Numbered from the stretch's first letter, positions 1 through 13,637 are shown. The stretch: DNA of 64,000 bases from Octopus sinensis (GCF_006345805.1 NC_043011.1:59718464-59782463), one strand, 5' to 3'. Notes: a model not told the origin generated them from the sequence alone. Translations and numbers: made by a program.

Positions 1-968
1 ATATTCGCATGTATATATATATATGTCTGTGTATGTTTGTATGTGTGTGTATACATACATGCAGACATACATACGTACATATATATATGTATATATGTAC
101 ATGTGTATGTGTATATACATATATACAAATACGTATATACATGCTCATACATATATACATACACATACATATTGCATACACGTAGATATATAAATACACA
201 CACAAACGCAAACATTAAAGCGACGCAGAAATTAGGCATATATGCACACACACAGACACACACACACAAGAATATATCATTCATCACATAGACATGCATA
301 TATATATACACACACATTTACGTTCACAATAAATCACACAGGAAAGCCCACACACACACTCACATACTCACATGTACATACATACATACATATACATAAC
401 ACACAACACATATATATATATATATATATATTATATTATATATAATATATACATATATATGGGCTATGTTGTGAGTGTATATATACAATATATAATTATA
501 TATACATATATGTATATATGTATTTTATGCATGTATGTGTGTGTGTGTGTGTGTGTGCTGTTGTGTGTGTGTGTGTGTGCGTGTGTGTGTGTATTCATAT
601 ATACACGTAGAAATACAGTCACACATATTCACATATGCACACGTGTACCTCTTCGAGCACAAAAAATAGCTTGAAAATCAATCCGAGCCTGTTAAACAAC
701 AGACCACTCCCTCCAACGACAACAACAAAATCAATCAATAAATTAAAAGATAAAAATTGAATGACAGACATACAGACAGACAGCTTGAAAGAAAAGAAAG
801 AAGGGAGGCGAAAAAGAAGTATAAAACGAAAGGAAAGGTGGTAAAGGCGGATGAAAGACGGAATGTAAACGAAAAAGAAAGAAAACGGAAGAAGGAAAAG
901 AGAAAAGAAAGAAAGCAAGAAAGAAAGGGAGAAAGGAAAATGGAAGAAAAGTAAAAAAGGTTATAATT

Positions 969-1000
<32 letters not shown>

Positions 1001-1640
1001 AAGAGAAAGAAAGAGGGAGAAAGTGACGGAGAGGGAGAGAGAGAAAGCGCTAAAAAGATTGACGTCGTCGGCTGCAGAAACGAAAAGAGCGCAAAACAAC
1101 AACAATAAGCAATAAAAGAAAAAAAACAGTAACAGTTTGAATTTGTGTGAATGAAATTTGGAAGGAAAGTGAAGAAAATAAGCTGGAATAATTGAATAAA
1201 ATTGGACAGCTGAAAGATTGGTATTTGCTTGATGTATATCGAATTTATCGATTGATTATTAGCTTTTAAATTAACGGCCATTTTCATAAACTACCAAGAT
1301 TTAAAAAAAAAAAACACACAAACACAAAAAGAACTTCTTACGGCATTTTATATAATTTGAATTGTTTGTGTGTTTGTTTGGTGCCATTGTTCTTAAATAT
1401 ATTTTTTCCTCTTAGCTGTGGCTTTTTTTTATATATATTTTTTATTTCCTGAGATTTTTATTTGATTCTTCGTTTTTACTTGTGTTTTACGATTTGGTTG
1501 ATAGTTCTTCATATTTTGCAGGACTTTGACGGTTTGACGGTTGATTTTGGTTAATTCCGATTATTATTATTACTACTACTACTACTACTACTATACTACT
1601 ACTACTACTACTACCACCACCACCACCACCACTACTACTA

Positions 1641-1687
<47 letters not shown>

Positions 1688-1690
1688 TAA

Positions 1691-1905
1691 GGTGGCGAGC
1701 TAGCAGAAGTGTTAGCACGCCGGGCGAAATGCTTAGCGGTATTTCGTCTGTCCTTTATGTTCTGAGTTCAAAATTCCACCGAGGTCGACTTTGCCTTTCA
1801 TCCTTTCGGGGTCGATAAATTAAGTACCACTTGCGTACTGGGATCGATCTAATCGACTGGATCCCTCGACCAAAATTTCGAGCCTTGTGCCTAGAGTAAA
1901 AAAGA
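1691..1905 (+). mobile_element. tRNA-derived SINE, family A
   Basis: GGCGAGCTAGCAGAAG..GTTAGCACGCCGGGCGAAATGC head, B-box-like GAGTTCAAAATTCC, then GCCTTTCATCCTTTCGGGGTCGATAAATTAAGTACCA core; many homologous copies in the window. Confidence 0.85.
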
Positions 1906-1922
1906 ATATTATCAGTAGAAAA

Positions 1923-1976
<54 letters not shown>

Positions 1977-2026
1977 CCAAGACAGTGAGCAGGCAGAATC
2001 GTTAGCTTAACAAAATGTGAAACCTA

Positions 2027-2066
<40 letters not shown>

Positions 2067-4046
2067 GTTGTTGTTGTTGTTGTTATTATTATTACCAAGA
2101 AGAATCTAACTTTCCTCAGTCCCTTCAAGCAGGTCCATCATAGCCACCAGACAGAGTCTGGAATCTGTCTGTTCGTTCAGTTAAAGAAAGGTAGGAATAC
2201 GATCTTCCTGAAAGAGTGGGCTGATAGCCAGGCTTATCAGAGACAAAAGAAAACTGCCTGTCCATCCCGGTCAGAGAAAGATGACGATGCTCTCCTCCCA
2301 GAAGATTTCCTAATAGCTATCAGACCGGGTCAAGTAGTTGTCTCTTCTTTCCAAGTAAAGAAATGTAAAAATGCTAACTTCTCGGAAGAGTCCGCCGGTT
2401 GCCAGGTGTATCATAACTACAAATCAAATATAATTTTATAGACGAAACAATATAATTATATATACCAATTAAGATGAGAAATTTTATATAGTAGACAAAC
2501 CAATCAAGAGTTATTCATTTTAAATATCCAGAGACACATATAGTTCAAACAACAACAGCTGCAGACCAAAATATTCAATTTATTCTTTACAATCAATTAA
2601 ATTTACATATCTTATTATACATATGTATTTGTAAATATAATAGAAAACAAAGAATTAAACTGTCTATCCGTCACAGACAAATGACGATGCGATCTTCTCA
2701 GAAGATTTGCCAGTTAGTCAGGTCCATCGTAGCCACTTGATAGGGGAAGACTGTTTGCTTTTCCAAGCCAGAGGAAGGGGATGAGCGAACTTTCGCGGAG
2801 AAGTCGGCTGATGATCAGTTCTTATCTATATGGCGCTACAGTCCACAAGTATTTGTACAACCAATTCTCAGTTCTAACACATTGGGCAGAGAACCCAGAG
2901 AAAAATTACCAGGGAGAGAGGGGTTTCCCCCATGTGTTCCCTTCAGCATGATATAGATGGCTTCTTACTTTGGAACCTCTTCGTCTTGTGTGACACTGAG
3001 CAGCAGCAGCGGGTATTTGTAGAGTTTTGGCGTGGATGTCACCAGATGTCTTCAAATGAAGACAACAAAGAAGAAACTGTAAGTTGGTGGAAGAGGGTGG
3101 AATTTTATCAAGTAAAAGCGGGTGAAATAAAAAAACAACAACAATAGTAACAACAACAACAATAGTATTAATAACAATAACACTTTCAATATTATTTGGA
3201 TAAAACAGCAATAATTATCATAACAATTAAAATGACAGCGATGATTATAAAATTGACAGTGATGGCGATAATAATGAGGATTAAGGATAATGGATAAAGC
3301 CATAGTGTCATTGAGGGTAGGGGGCGGGAGGAGGGGATAATGTTGATGACAATGATGACAACAGTGGCGGTAGTGTTGAGACTGATGATGATGATGATTA
3401 TGATGACGATGACGACGTCGGTCACAGTGGCGGGGGTGGAGAATGAAGAACGGTCATGATAATGGTGATGACGCTAATGATGGTCATCATCCTCATCATC
3501 AGAGTGATGGTGGCTGGGAGCGGATTAAGAGGATGCGGAGTGGGAGGAGAAGGAGGAGGAAGAGAGGAGGAAGATGGAGCAAGAAGAGACAGAAGGCGGG
3601 TGTGGCGGCGATGGTCGGGTGTGGAGGAAAGAAGATAATGTTAATGAGATCGCTTTGTAGTAATGAAGATGAAAGGAGGGATATAAAGAGCAATTGATAA
3701 TCGACATTAAGAAATTAGTGTGTGCGTACATATATCTATATATATATAAATATATGTGGTGTGTGTGTGTGTGTGTGTGTGCGTGCACATACACATATAT
3801 ACATACAAATACTTACAAATACACACCTGCGCAAAATGGACAGCAAAAATAAAAACAAAAGCAACTAAATAGATAATCCTCAATCAGCGACAACAATAGC
3901 AACAACATTAACAACAGCAACAACAACAATAACAAAAATCAAATCTGTTTCCACTTTAAAAGCGAATTAGAAAATAAAACAAGTTACAACCCCCCCCCAA
4001 AAAAAAGAATTGGTTTAGAAAAACGAAGAGTAACGAAGGAATACGT

Positions 4047-4560
4047 GCGCAGGCGTAGCTGTGTGGTAAGAAGTTTCCTTCCTAACCACATGGTCCTTGG
4101 TTCAGTCCCACAGCGGGGCAACTTGGGCAAGTGTCTCCTATTATACCCTTGGTTCGACTACAGCCTAGTAAGAGGATTTGGTAGGTGGAAACTGAAAGAA
4201 GCCCGCCGTACTTATATATATATAAGGTGGTGCTATTAAGTTAGACATGGCCTGGGCCAATAATGGCCGAAACCTATCAAAGTATCAAAGTATATATATA
4301 TATGTATGTATGTATATATATATATATTGTATATGTATGTCTGTGTGTCCGCGTGTGTTCCCCATCACTGCTTGATAACCGGTGTTGGTGTGTTTACGTA
4401 CCCGTAACTTATCGGTTCGGCAAAGCGACTGGCAAAACAAGTATCAAGCTCGAAGAGAAGAAAAATAAGTACAGGGGTCGATACGTTCGACTAAAAATTC
4501 TTCAAGGCGTTGCCCCAGCATGGCCACGGTCTACTGACTGGAACAAATAAAAGATAAAAG
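4047..4560 (+). mobile_element. tRNA-derived SINE, family B, full length with internal (TA/TG)n
   Basis: GCTGTGTGGTAAG..GGTTCAGTCCC..TTGGGCAAGTGTC head/core; 3' tail CCCCAGCATGGCCACGGTC..TGACTGGAACAA; about 20 homologues in the window. Confidence 0.85.
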
Positions 4561-4584
4561 ATTAAAGAATTAAGAGTAAAAGTC

Positions 4585-5041
4585 TACGTGGCGTGTGATT
4601 GCCCCACATATTCGGTCAGAAGGTCGAGGTCAACATCTGCAGTAATTGTTGCCTCGTTGAAGAAAAATGGACCAATTATTCGATTGCACATGATTCCACA
4701 CCACACATTCACTTTTGGACTATCCTGTTGAAGTTCCCTAGTCACAGGGAGGGGGGGTTCTGATCCCCAGATTTTCACATTGTGTCTGTTTAATTTCCCT
4801 GAAACATGAAAGTCACCTTGTCACTAAAACAAACTCGCTTGAGGAATGCTTCATCCTCATTTTATAGGGGTTCAGTGAATCAGTTCCCTTCCATCAACAG
4901 AGTATCTGAAACACAAAAGTTTAATATCAATAAAAACTTTAATAAACAGTTATTAAAATAAAATAAATCTGGTTAAAATATTTCATCAACTGCCTTTGTA
5001 ATAATTTTTTTAAATTGTAAAGAGACTTTATGGACACCCTG
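4585..5041 (-). mobile_element. Internally deleted ITm (Tc1/mariner, DD37D/DD41D-like) transposon remnant
   Basis: Minus strand starts TA|CAGGGTGTCCATAAAGTC (TIR-like). Translation RVCFSDKVTFHVSGKLNRHNVKIWGSEP...DSPKVNVWCGIMCNRIIGPFFFNE matches the first catalytic-D region of these transposases. Confidence 0.8.
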
Positions 5042-5074
<33 letters not shown>

Positions 5075-5075
<1 letters not shown>

Positions 5076-5240
5076 CATACGACGAGTTGCTTTGAGTTTC
5101 CGTCTACCAAATCCACTCACAAGGCTTTGGTTGGCTGGAGGCTATAGCAGAAGACACTTGACGAACGTGCCACGCAGTGGGACTGAATCTGAAACCATGT
5201 TGTTGGTAGGCGAGCTACTTACCACTCAGCCATTCCTGTG
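5075..5240 (-). mobile_element. SINE family B, 5' half
   Basis: Reverse complement of the B head/core (TTCCGTCTACCAAATCCACTCACAAGGCTTTGG..GTGGGACTGAA). Confidence 0.8.
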
Positions 5241-6098
5241 CCTAAGGTTGTATAACAACTAATTTGAATATTTTGTGCATTGTGAGAATTTATTCGACGT
5301 AGATTTTAACAACAAAATCTTATCTAGACCCCTATTTTCCATATGGCCCTGAGCGGTCCATACGAATCGGTGTTGTGGACCGCTGTGCTGTTCCTATCAG
5401 AGAAACCTTCTTGCTTTTCATCCTTAATTTCATTATCATAATACTTTCATTGCTCAAAGTGTTCTGATCTGGTAGACATCAACAAGTGAATCTCTACGTC
5501 AGAGGTAGGCAAACTGCAGCCCGTGGGACGTTCGGAATCGCATGCCGAACGAAAAATTACCTTGAAGGTTTTTCGTAATGCATCCCATCTGACGATGAAC
5601 CCATGTTTCTATGTGACCCACTCATCAAAATTGGTCGCACATACTTGCTCTCCAGAAACAGAACACAATTTCTTTTTTTTTAAACCCACCTTCACTCCGT
5701 CCCTGCGTTTATTACAACCATTGAAAGAAAGTACAGGGCTGATTTGTTCGACAAAAACCTTCAGCAAGGTGCTCCAGTATGGCCGCAGCCTAATGACAGA
5801 AACGGATAAATGATAAAGATACATGCTACACACAAAGCCTATGTAAAGCAACCGTTTTGCCGTTTGTTCTTCTGAGCAGGAAGAATTCAATAGGATGATT
5901 GGTGTAATCGACAATATCCTGAGAGAGAATGCCCCAGCATGGACGTAGTCAGGCGAATAAATGTCAGTAAATGAAAGGGATATATAAATACACACAAACA
6001 CGCAATTATATATATATATATAAAAGAAACATGTATTTATACATATATATGTATAGATAAATATATATATGCATATATACATACATACATGTAATATG

Positions 6099-6264
6099 CT
6101 TTATTAATAAAAGTACAAAAACATAACAAAAATATCATTAAAAAAACAGCTACTCAGAGTTTCACGTTGCCGTCCGTTGGACAATCAAAACTCTCAGACG
6201 ATCGGGAACGTGAAACTCTGAGTAGCAGATTTTTTGTGATGTTTTTGCAGCTTTAATAATAAAG
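6099..6264. repeat. Imperfect inverted repeat made of two divergent degenerate HHR-bearing units
   Basis: Perfect 20-bp arms GCTACTCAGAGTTTCACGTT (6149-6168) / AACGTGAAACTCTGAGTAGC (6207-6226) inside longer homologous arms. Confidence 0.8.
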
Positions 6265-6464
6265 TATATTACTCTACCTCTGGTAGTCGAGCACTATTTT
6301 TTACCCACCTTATTTCATATTTATGTGCATAATCTGGTGCATACATATAAAAGATAGAAAGACAGACAGACAGACAGACAGATATACAAGCACGCTGCCT
6401 TTAATTTTGTAATATGAAAGTTATAATTGTGAACATTCGTCGCATACCAATGTGTGTGTGTGCT

Positions 6465-6528
<64 letters not shown>

Positions 6529-6800
6529 TGTGTGTGGTGTGTGTGTGTGTGCTTGTGTGTGTGTGTGTATACACGCTTAAAGTCCTTGAAGCTCGTTTTG
6601 GCCAAGATGTCTGCTTAAAAACAGTTCACAAGTTCCGGAGATGACATGGTTTATTTTGTTTTGTTTATTTACCTTCCTCTCTCTTTGCCATTTTGTATTT
6701 TTTCAGTGTGTGTGTGTTGTTGTGTGTGTGTGTGTGTGTGTGTGTGAGCGTTTACAGCCATATCCCTCCGCCCCTTGCTCTCCAAACTACTCCCTCCCCA

Positions 6801-6831
<31 letters not shown>

Positions 6832-6997
6832 AGGATGTCCATCTTCACCGTAGCAAACCCTTGATCTGTCCTCCAAGCCGATTGTCAGTTTGAATTTAAA
6901 TATTTATCGCTCTTCTAGCTCGGAGATTTCCGGGATATCAAATTAATGGAAGACAGTCGATGTCAGTTGAGTGTCAAATGGACACACAGACACATAA

Positions 6998-7071
<74 letters not shown>

Positions 7072-7551
7072 GCACACACACGCACACACACACACACGCA
7101 CACACACACACGCATACACATACAGACATACACGTTCAAACAAACACGCATGCACGCACTAGCACACCTACATATACTTGTGTAAACAAATATACACACA
7201 CGCGCGTAACTAAACACACACAAATACAAATACACACACACCACACACACACATACACACACTGACACACAGACGCATAAAGACAGACACACACACATGC
7301 CAACATATATTTACATAAGATATACACACACGCGCGCGTAATTAAACACACTCAGGAACAGGTAAATACACACACACATACACACCTACATATACTTATC
7401 TAAAGATATATACATACACACACACGTAACTATGCACACGCATACACAAGAATACATACACACACATGCTTACTAGCACACACAAACGCGCACCGATATA
7501 CATAACCGAACATTCTCATACATTACGCTTATATTATATATTATGGGTGTA

Positions 7552-7662
<111 letters not shown>

Positions 7663-7722
7663 CATGCATATATATATACATATATATTAATACATATATA
7701 TATGCATATATATATAATATAA

Positions 7723-7775
7723 TGGCGGTGCCCCAGCATGGCCACAGCTCATAAGCTGAAACTGGAAAAATCAAA
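7723..7775 (+). mobile_element. Isolated 3' tail shared with SINE B (extreme 5'-truncated retroposon)
   Basis: GGCGGTGCCCCAGCATGGCCACAGCTC..GCTGAAACT followed by short AAAATC repeats. Confidence 0.5.
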
Positions 7776-7918
7776 ATCAAAAATCATATATATAATATAT
7801 ATATATTACATATATTGTATATTATTATATATATATAATGTTATATATGTATATACATAATTATATATATATAATATATATACATATAATATATATGTAT
7901 ATATATAATTATATATAT

Positions 7919-7959
<41 letters not shown>

Positions 7960-8018
7960 AGAGAGAGTGAGAGAGAGAGAGAGACCGACAGTCAGATAAC
8001 AGGTAGATAGACACAGAC

Positions 8019-8103
<85 letters not shown>

Positions 8104-8709
8104 TCATGTGGTGATGGTTCAGCAAGTAAAAAAATAAGCTCTCGAGTAGCTTAAAGAGCAAAATAATCTTATACTAAAAAAAAAATCAAAAATCTTTTAA
8201 ATAAAGTTAGCCAGGGTTTCCTGGTCAAAATAGTTTACTTTGCCACTTCTGAAGCTGAAGACAGAATCCAGACCCTATATTATCCTCTCCAAAGTCAGAC
8301 CCTATATTAATGGGTCAAAAGGTGTATGCTCTCTTGGAAAACTTTATCTCTTAAAAAACTCGAGAACCTCTAACGAATACATAAATTCCAGGAACGAAAT
8401 CTTTTTCAGTATGTCTGCATTTTAAGATATACACCTTGCCGAAATTTAAAAGTAGGCCACGGACACCTCGTAAGCCGTTAATATCTTATTTACGTCGGCT
8501 TGACATCGAATTAGTGTAACTTTGGTTACCTCCCTTGTGTTTTTCTTCACGTCTTCTTCTTTATCAGCGTCTCTTGTTTTACGTTTATCAGCTCAAAAGA
8601 CAACTGACAAAAGGACTCGTTCTCAACTTGATAAATGGCGAAATGAATTATTAGATTTAGACCTGGAAACTCTGAGTGGCTGTATTTACAAGATTTGTGC
8701 TATTATAAG

Positions 8710-8765
<56 letters not shown>

Positions 8766-8890
8766 CAGAGGGAGAGAGAGAGAAAGAGACTCGTGCGCAT
8801 GCACACATTGAGGCAAACACCTATGTGCACACATAAATACACTATTGGTAGATAAATCTTATAATGATATAATACAATTGCGAAGAAGGT

Positions 8891-9031
8891 ATTCTTAAGA
8901 ATTGTTCCGTGATATGCTAGGAATTCACTCATCAGGTGAATAATTAACCTGCAACAGTGAAACATGAAATGGAGAGTAATTAGAACAAGTTATTTCGTAC
9001 CTGACGAGTGAATCACGTAACTAAGGTGTAA
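8891..9031. ncRNA. Divergent pair of degenerate minimal HHR-like motifs
   Basis: Minus: ATTCAC CTGATGA GTGA..TCAC GGAA CAATTC TT AAGAAT. Plus: GTAC CTGACGA GTG AAT CAC GTAA. Both share AC-CTGAYGA-GTGAAT. Confidence 0.4.
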
Positions 9032-9124
9032 TCTCACTAAATAATTCGTGGTTTATTTTGGTGTTTGCATCATGACTACACACACACACGCACACATATT
9101 GGTGCAAGTATGTATGTGTGTGTG

Positions 9125-9258
9125 TGTGGTAAGAAGCAAGGAGCTTGCTTCCCAACCGCATGGTTCCAGGTTCAGTCCCAGTGCGTGACCCCTTGGGCAA
9201 GTATCTTCTAGTATAGCTTCGGGCCGACCAGAGCCTTCCGAGTGAATTTGGTAGTATG
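9125..9258 (+). mobile_element. SINE family B, 5' part
   Basis: GTGGTAAGAAG..CTTCCCAACC..GGTTCAGTCCC..TTGGGCAAGT. Confidence 0.75.
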
Positions 9259-9510
9259 AAATAGGGATTCAGAATATCTTGCGATTATCACAATGAGCTC
9301 CTCGTACGGAGTCGGCTATCAGTCCCCGTAGTAAAACTAATGTATTATAAAATTACCACTTAACTGAAAATCCAGAAAATTCATGCTATAAAATCAAAGT
9401 TAGTCTGTGAACAGCATGTAAAACGAGATTGGAATATAGATTTATTTATCCACATAATTTTCTTCGTGTAATACTAATTTTTGTATACAAGAAACTATGC
9501 GTACATGTCG

Positions 9511-9620
9511 ACTGCATCAGCTGGTACTTATTTCATCGACCCAGAAAAGATGAAGGGCGAAGTCAACCTCGGCGGATTTTGAACTCAGAACGTAAAGACA
9601 GATGAAATACCGCTACGCTT
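9511..9620 (-). mobile_element. SINE family A, partial
   Basis: Reverse complement of the A core (GGTACTTATTTCATCGACCC..GAACTCAGAACGTAAAGACAG). Confidence 0.75.
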
Positions 9621-9650
9621 TAAATAATAACTATAATATTAATGATCATA

Positions 9651-9725
<75 letters not shown>

Positions 9726-10185
9726 TGATATAAAAGGTCACAGATGCAGTTAGAAAATCGTTTCTAAACAATAAAACAGTATATCACTTCCATTAATACG
9801 AAAGTTGATTTTAACAAATTTACGAAGTCGTCGGCCTTCAAACGCTGTGACTGTTCAAGCTAATAAACACTGGCAGTAAAAATCAATCAAAAATCAATGA
9901 AAATGAACAAATACAATTGTATGGAAATGAAAGGATTAATCTGAAAGGACTACTTAAGGTGAAATAGGATTGTATTAAAGAGTAAATTTAACTAAAATGG
10001 CGAGAGAAATAAAGAGCGTTTTGTTACCGCTTCAATGAGATAAATTGAAAAATTACAAAAGATTTCAATTTTAGACACGCACGCACACGCACACACAGAT
10101 ACACACACACACACACACACATATACACATATACACAAACACACAGACGCACACGCACACTCACTAACAAACAAGGCACCAGACT

Positions 10186-10350
10186 ACCTCTGCGTTCCGA
10201 GTTCGAATTCCGCCGAGGTCGAATTTGCCTTTCATCCTTTCGGAGTCGATAAATTAAGTACCAGTTACGTACTAGGGTCGATGTAATCGACTTAATCCCT
10301 TTGTCTGTCCTTGTTTGCCCCCTCTATGTTCAGCCCCTTGTGGGTAATAA
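10186..10350 (+). mobile_element. SINE family A, 5'-truncated
   Basis: GAGTTCGAATTCCGCCGAGGTCGA..CCCCTTGTGGGTAATAAAA. Confidence 0.8.
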
Positions 10351-10623
10351 AAAAAAAAAAATTGCCATACATTATATTTAGACACCCCCACCCCCAAATC
10401 AGACAAAACGAAGAACGGGGTATCTTTTGATTGTTTACTTGCTTCAGTCATTGGACTCCAGCTTTGCCGGGTCACCACCTTGGAGGCGAACAAACCAACC
10501 CCGGGTATTATTTCTAGTCTGGTACTTATCCTGGTTTCGGGGACATAAAAAACCCAGCACCGGTTGAGAAGCGGTATATATACATATCATATGTACGCAT
10601 GCGTGTTTGCGTGTATGCGTGTA

Positions 10624-10670
<47 letters not shown>

Positions 10671-10677
10671 GTGTACG

Positions 10678-10718
<41 letters not shown>

Positions 10719-10745
10719 TTTATTTAAAGCAGCAGAAAATTCAAC

Positions 10746-10793
10746 AAAACCTGTTACTCTGAGTTTCCCGTTGCCGTTCATCGGACAGTTTTT
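10746..10793 (-). ncRNA. Minimal type I hammerhead-like motif with GNRA-capped helix II
   Basis: Minus strand: AAAAA CTGT CCGATGA ACG GCAA CGG GAAA CTC A GAG TA ACAG G TTTT; U4C and an A.G closing mismatch in this copy. Confidence 0.6.
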
Positions 10794-10825
10794 GCTAGAA
10801 TGGAACCGATATGTCAATTCTATCC

Positions 10826-10868
<43 letters not shown>

Positions 10869-10894
10869 TCTTATGACATGTTTTCACACAATTT

Positions 10895-11030
10895 TCATGT
10901 ACCGAATTCACTCACAAGGTATTTCTAGGCCAGTGGATATAGTAGAAGACACCTGTCCAAGGTGCTGCGCCGTGGGACTGAACACGAAACCTCGTGATTG
11001 CAGAGTGAGTTTCTAAACCTCACGGCTACG
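10895..11030 (-). mobile_element. SINE family B, 5' part
   Basis: Reverse complement of the B head (TAGTAGAAGACACCTGTCCAAGGTG..GTGGGACTGAAC). Confidence 0.7.
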
Positions 11031-11499
11031 GCTGTCAAATCTCCACGGACTATTCTTAAAATATTCAAATAAAGTTGACAGTACGATTAATAAAACAGTC
11101 ATCTTGCTCCATCAATCCCAACTGAATTGAGGAATTAAACACCCGGGAGTTGGTCCTCAGGAATACCCGCTCCTGAATTGCTACCACTTTTTTATGATTC
11201 AGTAAGATGATGCTAGGTAGCCCTCATGAAACCGCTGGTACGGACCCAGATCTCTGAGAATGGCTGAAGGAATTGAATGGGGTTGAAGGTGATTATAGCA
11301 CGTGGGTTACTTTAGTAGGAAGCAACGCATCAAGATTTCGTGTTGGACTCAGAAGATTAGAAACCAGGTTTGAATGTTTGTAACATGTTGGACTTCATGC
11401 TGTTGGAGGGGCAATCAGAGTGAGGTTTTAATCCTAGAAGAGAGGTGAAGAATGTTATACAATGTTTCATGGGATGGAGTTAAAGTTTATTTTAAGACT

Positions 11500-11645
11500 T
11501 GTGGTAAGAAGCTTGCTTCCCAAGCACATCGGTTCAGTTACACTGCATGGCACGTTGGGAAAGTGCCTTCTACGATAACCCCGATCCGACCAAAGACTTG
11601 TGAGTTGATTTGGTAGGCGGAAACTGAAAAACGCCCGTTGTATAT
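11500..11645 (+). mobile_element. SINE family B, 5' part
   Basis: GTGGTAAGAAGCTTGCTTCCCAA..GGAAACTGAAAAACGCCCG. Confidence 0.75.
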
Positions 11646-11654
11646 GTGTGTGGA

Positions 11655-11982
11655 AAACAAAGCATCAAAACGCAGGACCTCAAACCAGTCCTGCTGCTCC
11701 TCAGGTCAAACATTTGAGCGAAGTCGACTCCGATATCGGGACCCACTTTGTGCAAGCATGAAGGCACGCTGGTAAAACGCTGCTCCTCTAAATGGAAACA
11801 GTATTTGCCATTGTGGTTTCGTGGTACGAAGCAAAACAGGCTTTACATTCCACTCAAGAAAACACGTACTAAGTAATCCACAAGCACTCAAGCAAACTGA
11901 GACCTCTACTTGTTCCATTTACCAAAAGGTTTGCAAGACACCAGCAGGCCTCAAGAGACACATTCGAGTCCATAGAACATAA
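11655..11982 (+). mobile_element. RTE-type LINE ORF2 C-terminal remnant with degenerate C2H2 finger
   Basis: 11911-11982 translates CSIYQKVCKTPAGLKRHIRVHRT* (C-x2-[C>Y]-x12-H-x3-H), typical of RTE ORF2 ends; upstream frame is broken. Confidence 0.6.
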
Positions 11983-12114
11983 TTAACACTTTGTTTTACT
12001 GAACCCTCACTTATCGTTCACTATAAGAAAATCCATTATATAAGACCTCAAATATTAGTTCTGATGGTGGTGGTGGTGGTGGTGGAGGTGTTTGGGAGGG
12101 GGCAAGATGATTTC

Positions 12115-12265
12115 ATTGACCCCACCGCCACCAGTGATCAAAGGTACTTCTTTTATCGATCCCGAAGTGATGAAAGGCAAAGCTAACCTCGACGGAATTT
12201 GAACTCAAAACGTAAAGACGGACGAAATGTTGCTAAGCATTTTGTCCAGCGTGGTAATGATTCTC
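12115..12265 (-). mobile_element. SINE family A
   Basis: Reverse complement of the A core and head. Confidence 0.7.
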
Positions 12266-12843
12266 CCAGATCGCTGCTTAAATCAACGAATAAAAAATAA
12301 AGAAGTGAAATAGAATCAGTGGGTGTGTTCATTGTTGGCATAACGACCCTCTCAAGACAAAAGAAAAAAAGAGACAATCTTTTAATATGAAGCAGGAGTA
12401 TAAACAGCATTTATTAGCTGCTAGCTTCTATGATCGATCAGACGGTTGTTGTATATTTAGTAAAACTGGTTAGTTAGGATGGCAAAGTAGATCTAATGAC
12501 TCACTTAACACTATAATATTACGAGATTATAAGAAATTAATTATATCACAAAAATATATATTAATAATTAAAGAACACAGACAGTGAAGCAATGCATAAA
12601 ATATATAATTAAAAATTCAAATAACAAAACAGCCATGCCTAACAAGAATAAATATGACAACCCACATCTGCTTCTTTTTGAAGTTTGAATCAAAACGACT
12701 AATGAAAATAGCACTTAACTCCGCCATTTAAGGCAATCAGTGCCGCAATTAGGAATTATTTTGCTGCTCTTTATAAAATTGCAATTACACTTAAACGCAA
12801 TAATGAATAATATAATGTTTTCATTTATTTTAACTGATTATAT

Positions 12844-12846
<3 letters not shown>

Positions 12847-12875
<29 letters not shown>

Positions 12876-13637
12876 TGTATGTATGTATGTGTATGATGTA
12901 GTATGTGTGTGTGTATGTATATGTGTATTATGTTGTATGTATGTATGTATGTAGTATGTATGTATGTATGTATGTGTGTGTATGTATGTGTGTATGTATG
13001 TATGTATGTATGTATGTATGTGTGTGTGTATGTATGGTGTATGTATGTATGTATGTTGTATGTATGTATGTAGGTATGTATGTATGTATGTATGTATGTA
13101 TGTATTTGTATGTATGTATGTATGTATGTATGTATGTATGGTTGTACGTATGTAGTATGTATGTATGTATGTATGTATGTATGTATGTATTATGTATGTA
13201 TGTGTGTACGTATGTATGTAGTTATGTATGTATGTATGTATGTATGTATGATGTATGTATTAGTGTGTACGTATGTATGTATGTATGTATGTATGTATGT
13301 ATGTATGTATGTATGTATGTACGTACGTAGTACGTACGTATGTATGTATGTATGTATGTATGTATGTATGTATGTATGCTGTTGTATGTATGTATGTATG
13401 TATGTATGCATGCATTTATGTATGTATGTATGTATGTATGTGTGTATGTATGTATGTATGTATGTATGTATGTATGTATGTATGTATGTTTGTATGTATG
13501 TATGTATGTATGTATGCATGCATTTATGTATGTATGTATGTATGTATGTGTGTATGTATGTATGTATGTATGTATGTGTGTGTATGTATGTATGTATGTA
13601 TGTATGTATGTATTGTGTGTGTGTGTGTGTGTGTGTA
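12847..13637. repeat. Long compound (TATG)n/(TG)n microsatellite
   Basis: About 790 bp of tandem TATG with TG interruptions. Confidence 0.95.

Noticed and set aside
2900-3130. Possible exon (ORFs 2906-3211 minus, 2932-3147 plus)
   Set aside because: No recognisable domain or convincing splice boundaries; partly microsatellite.
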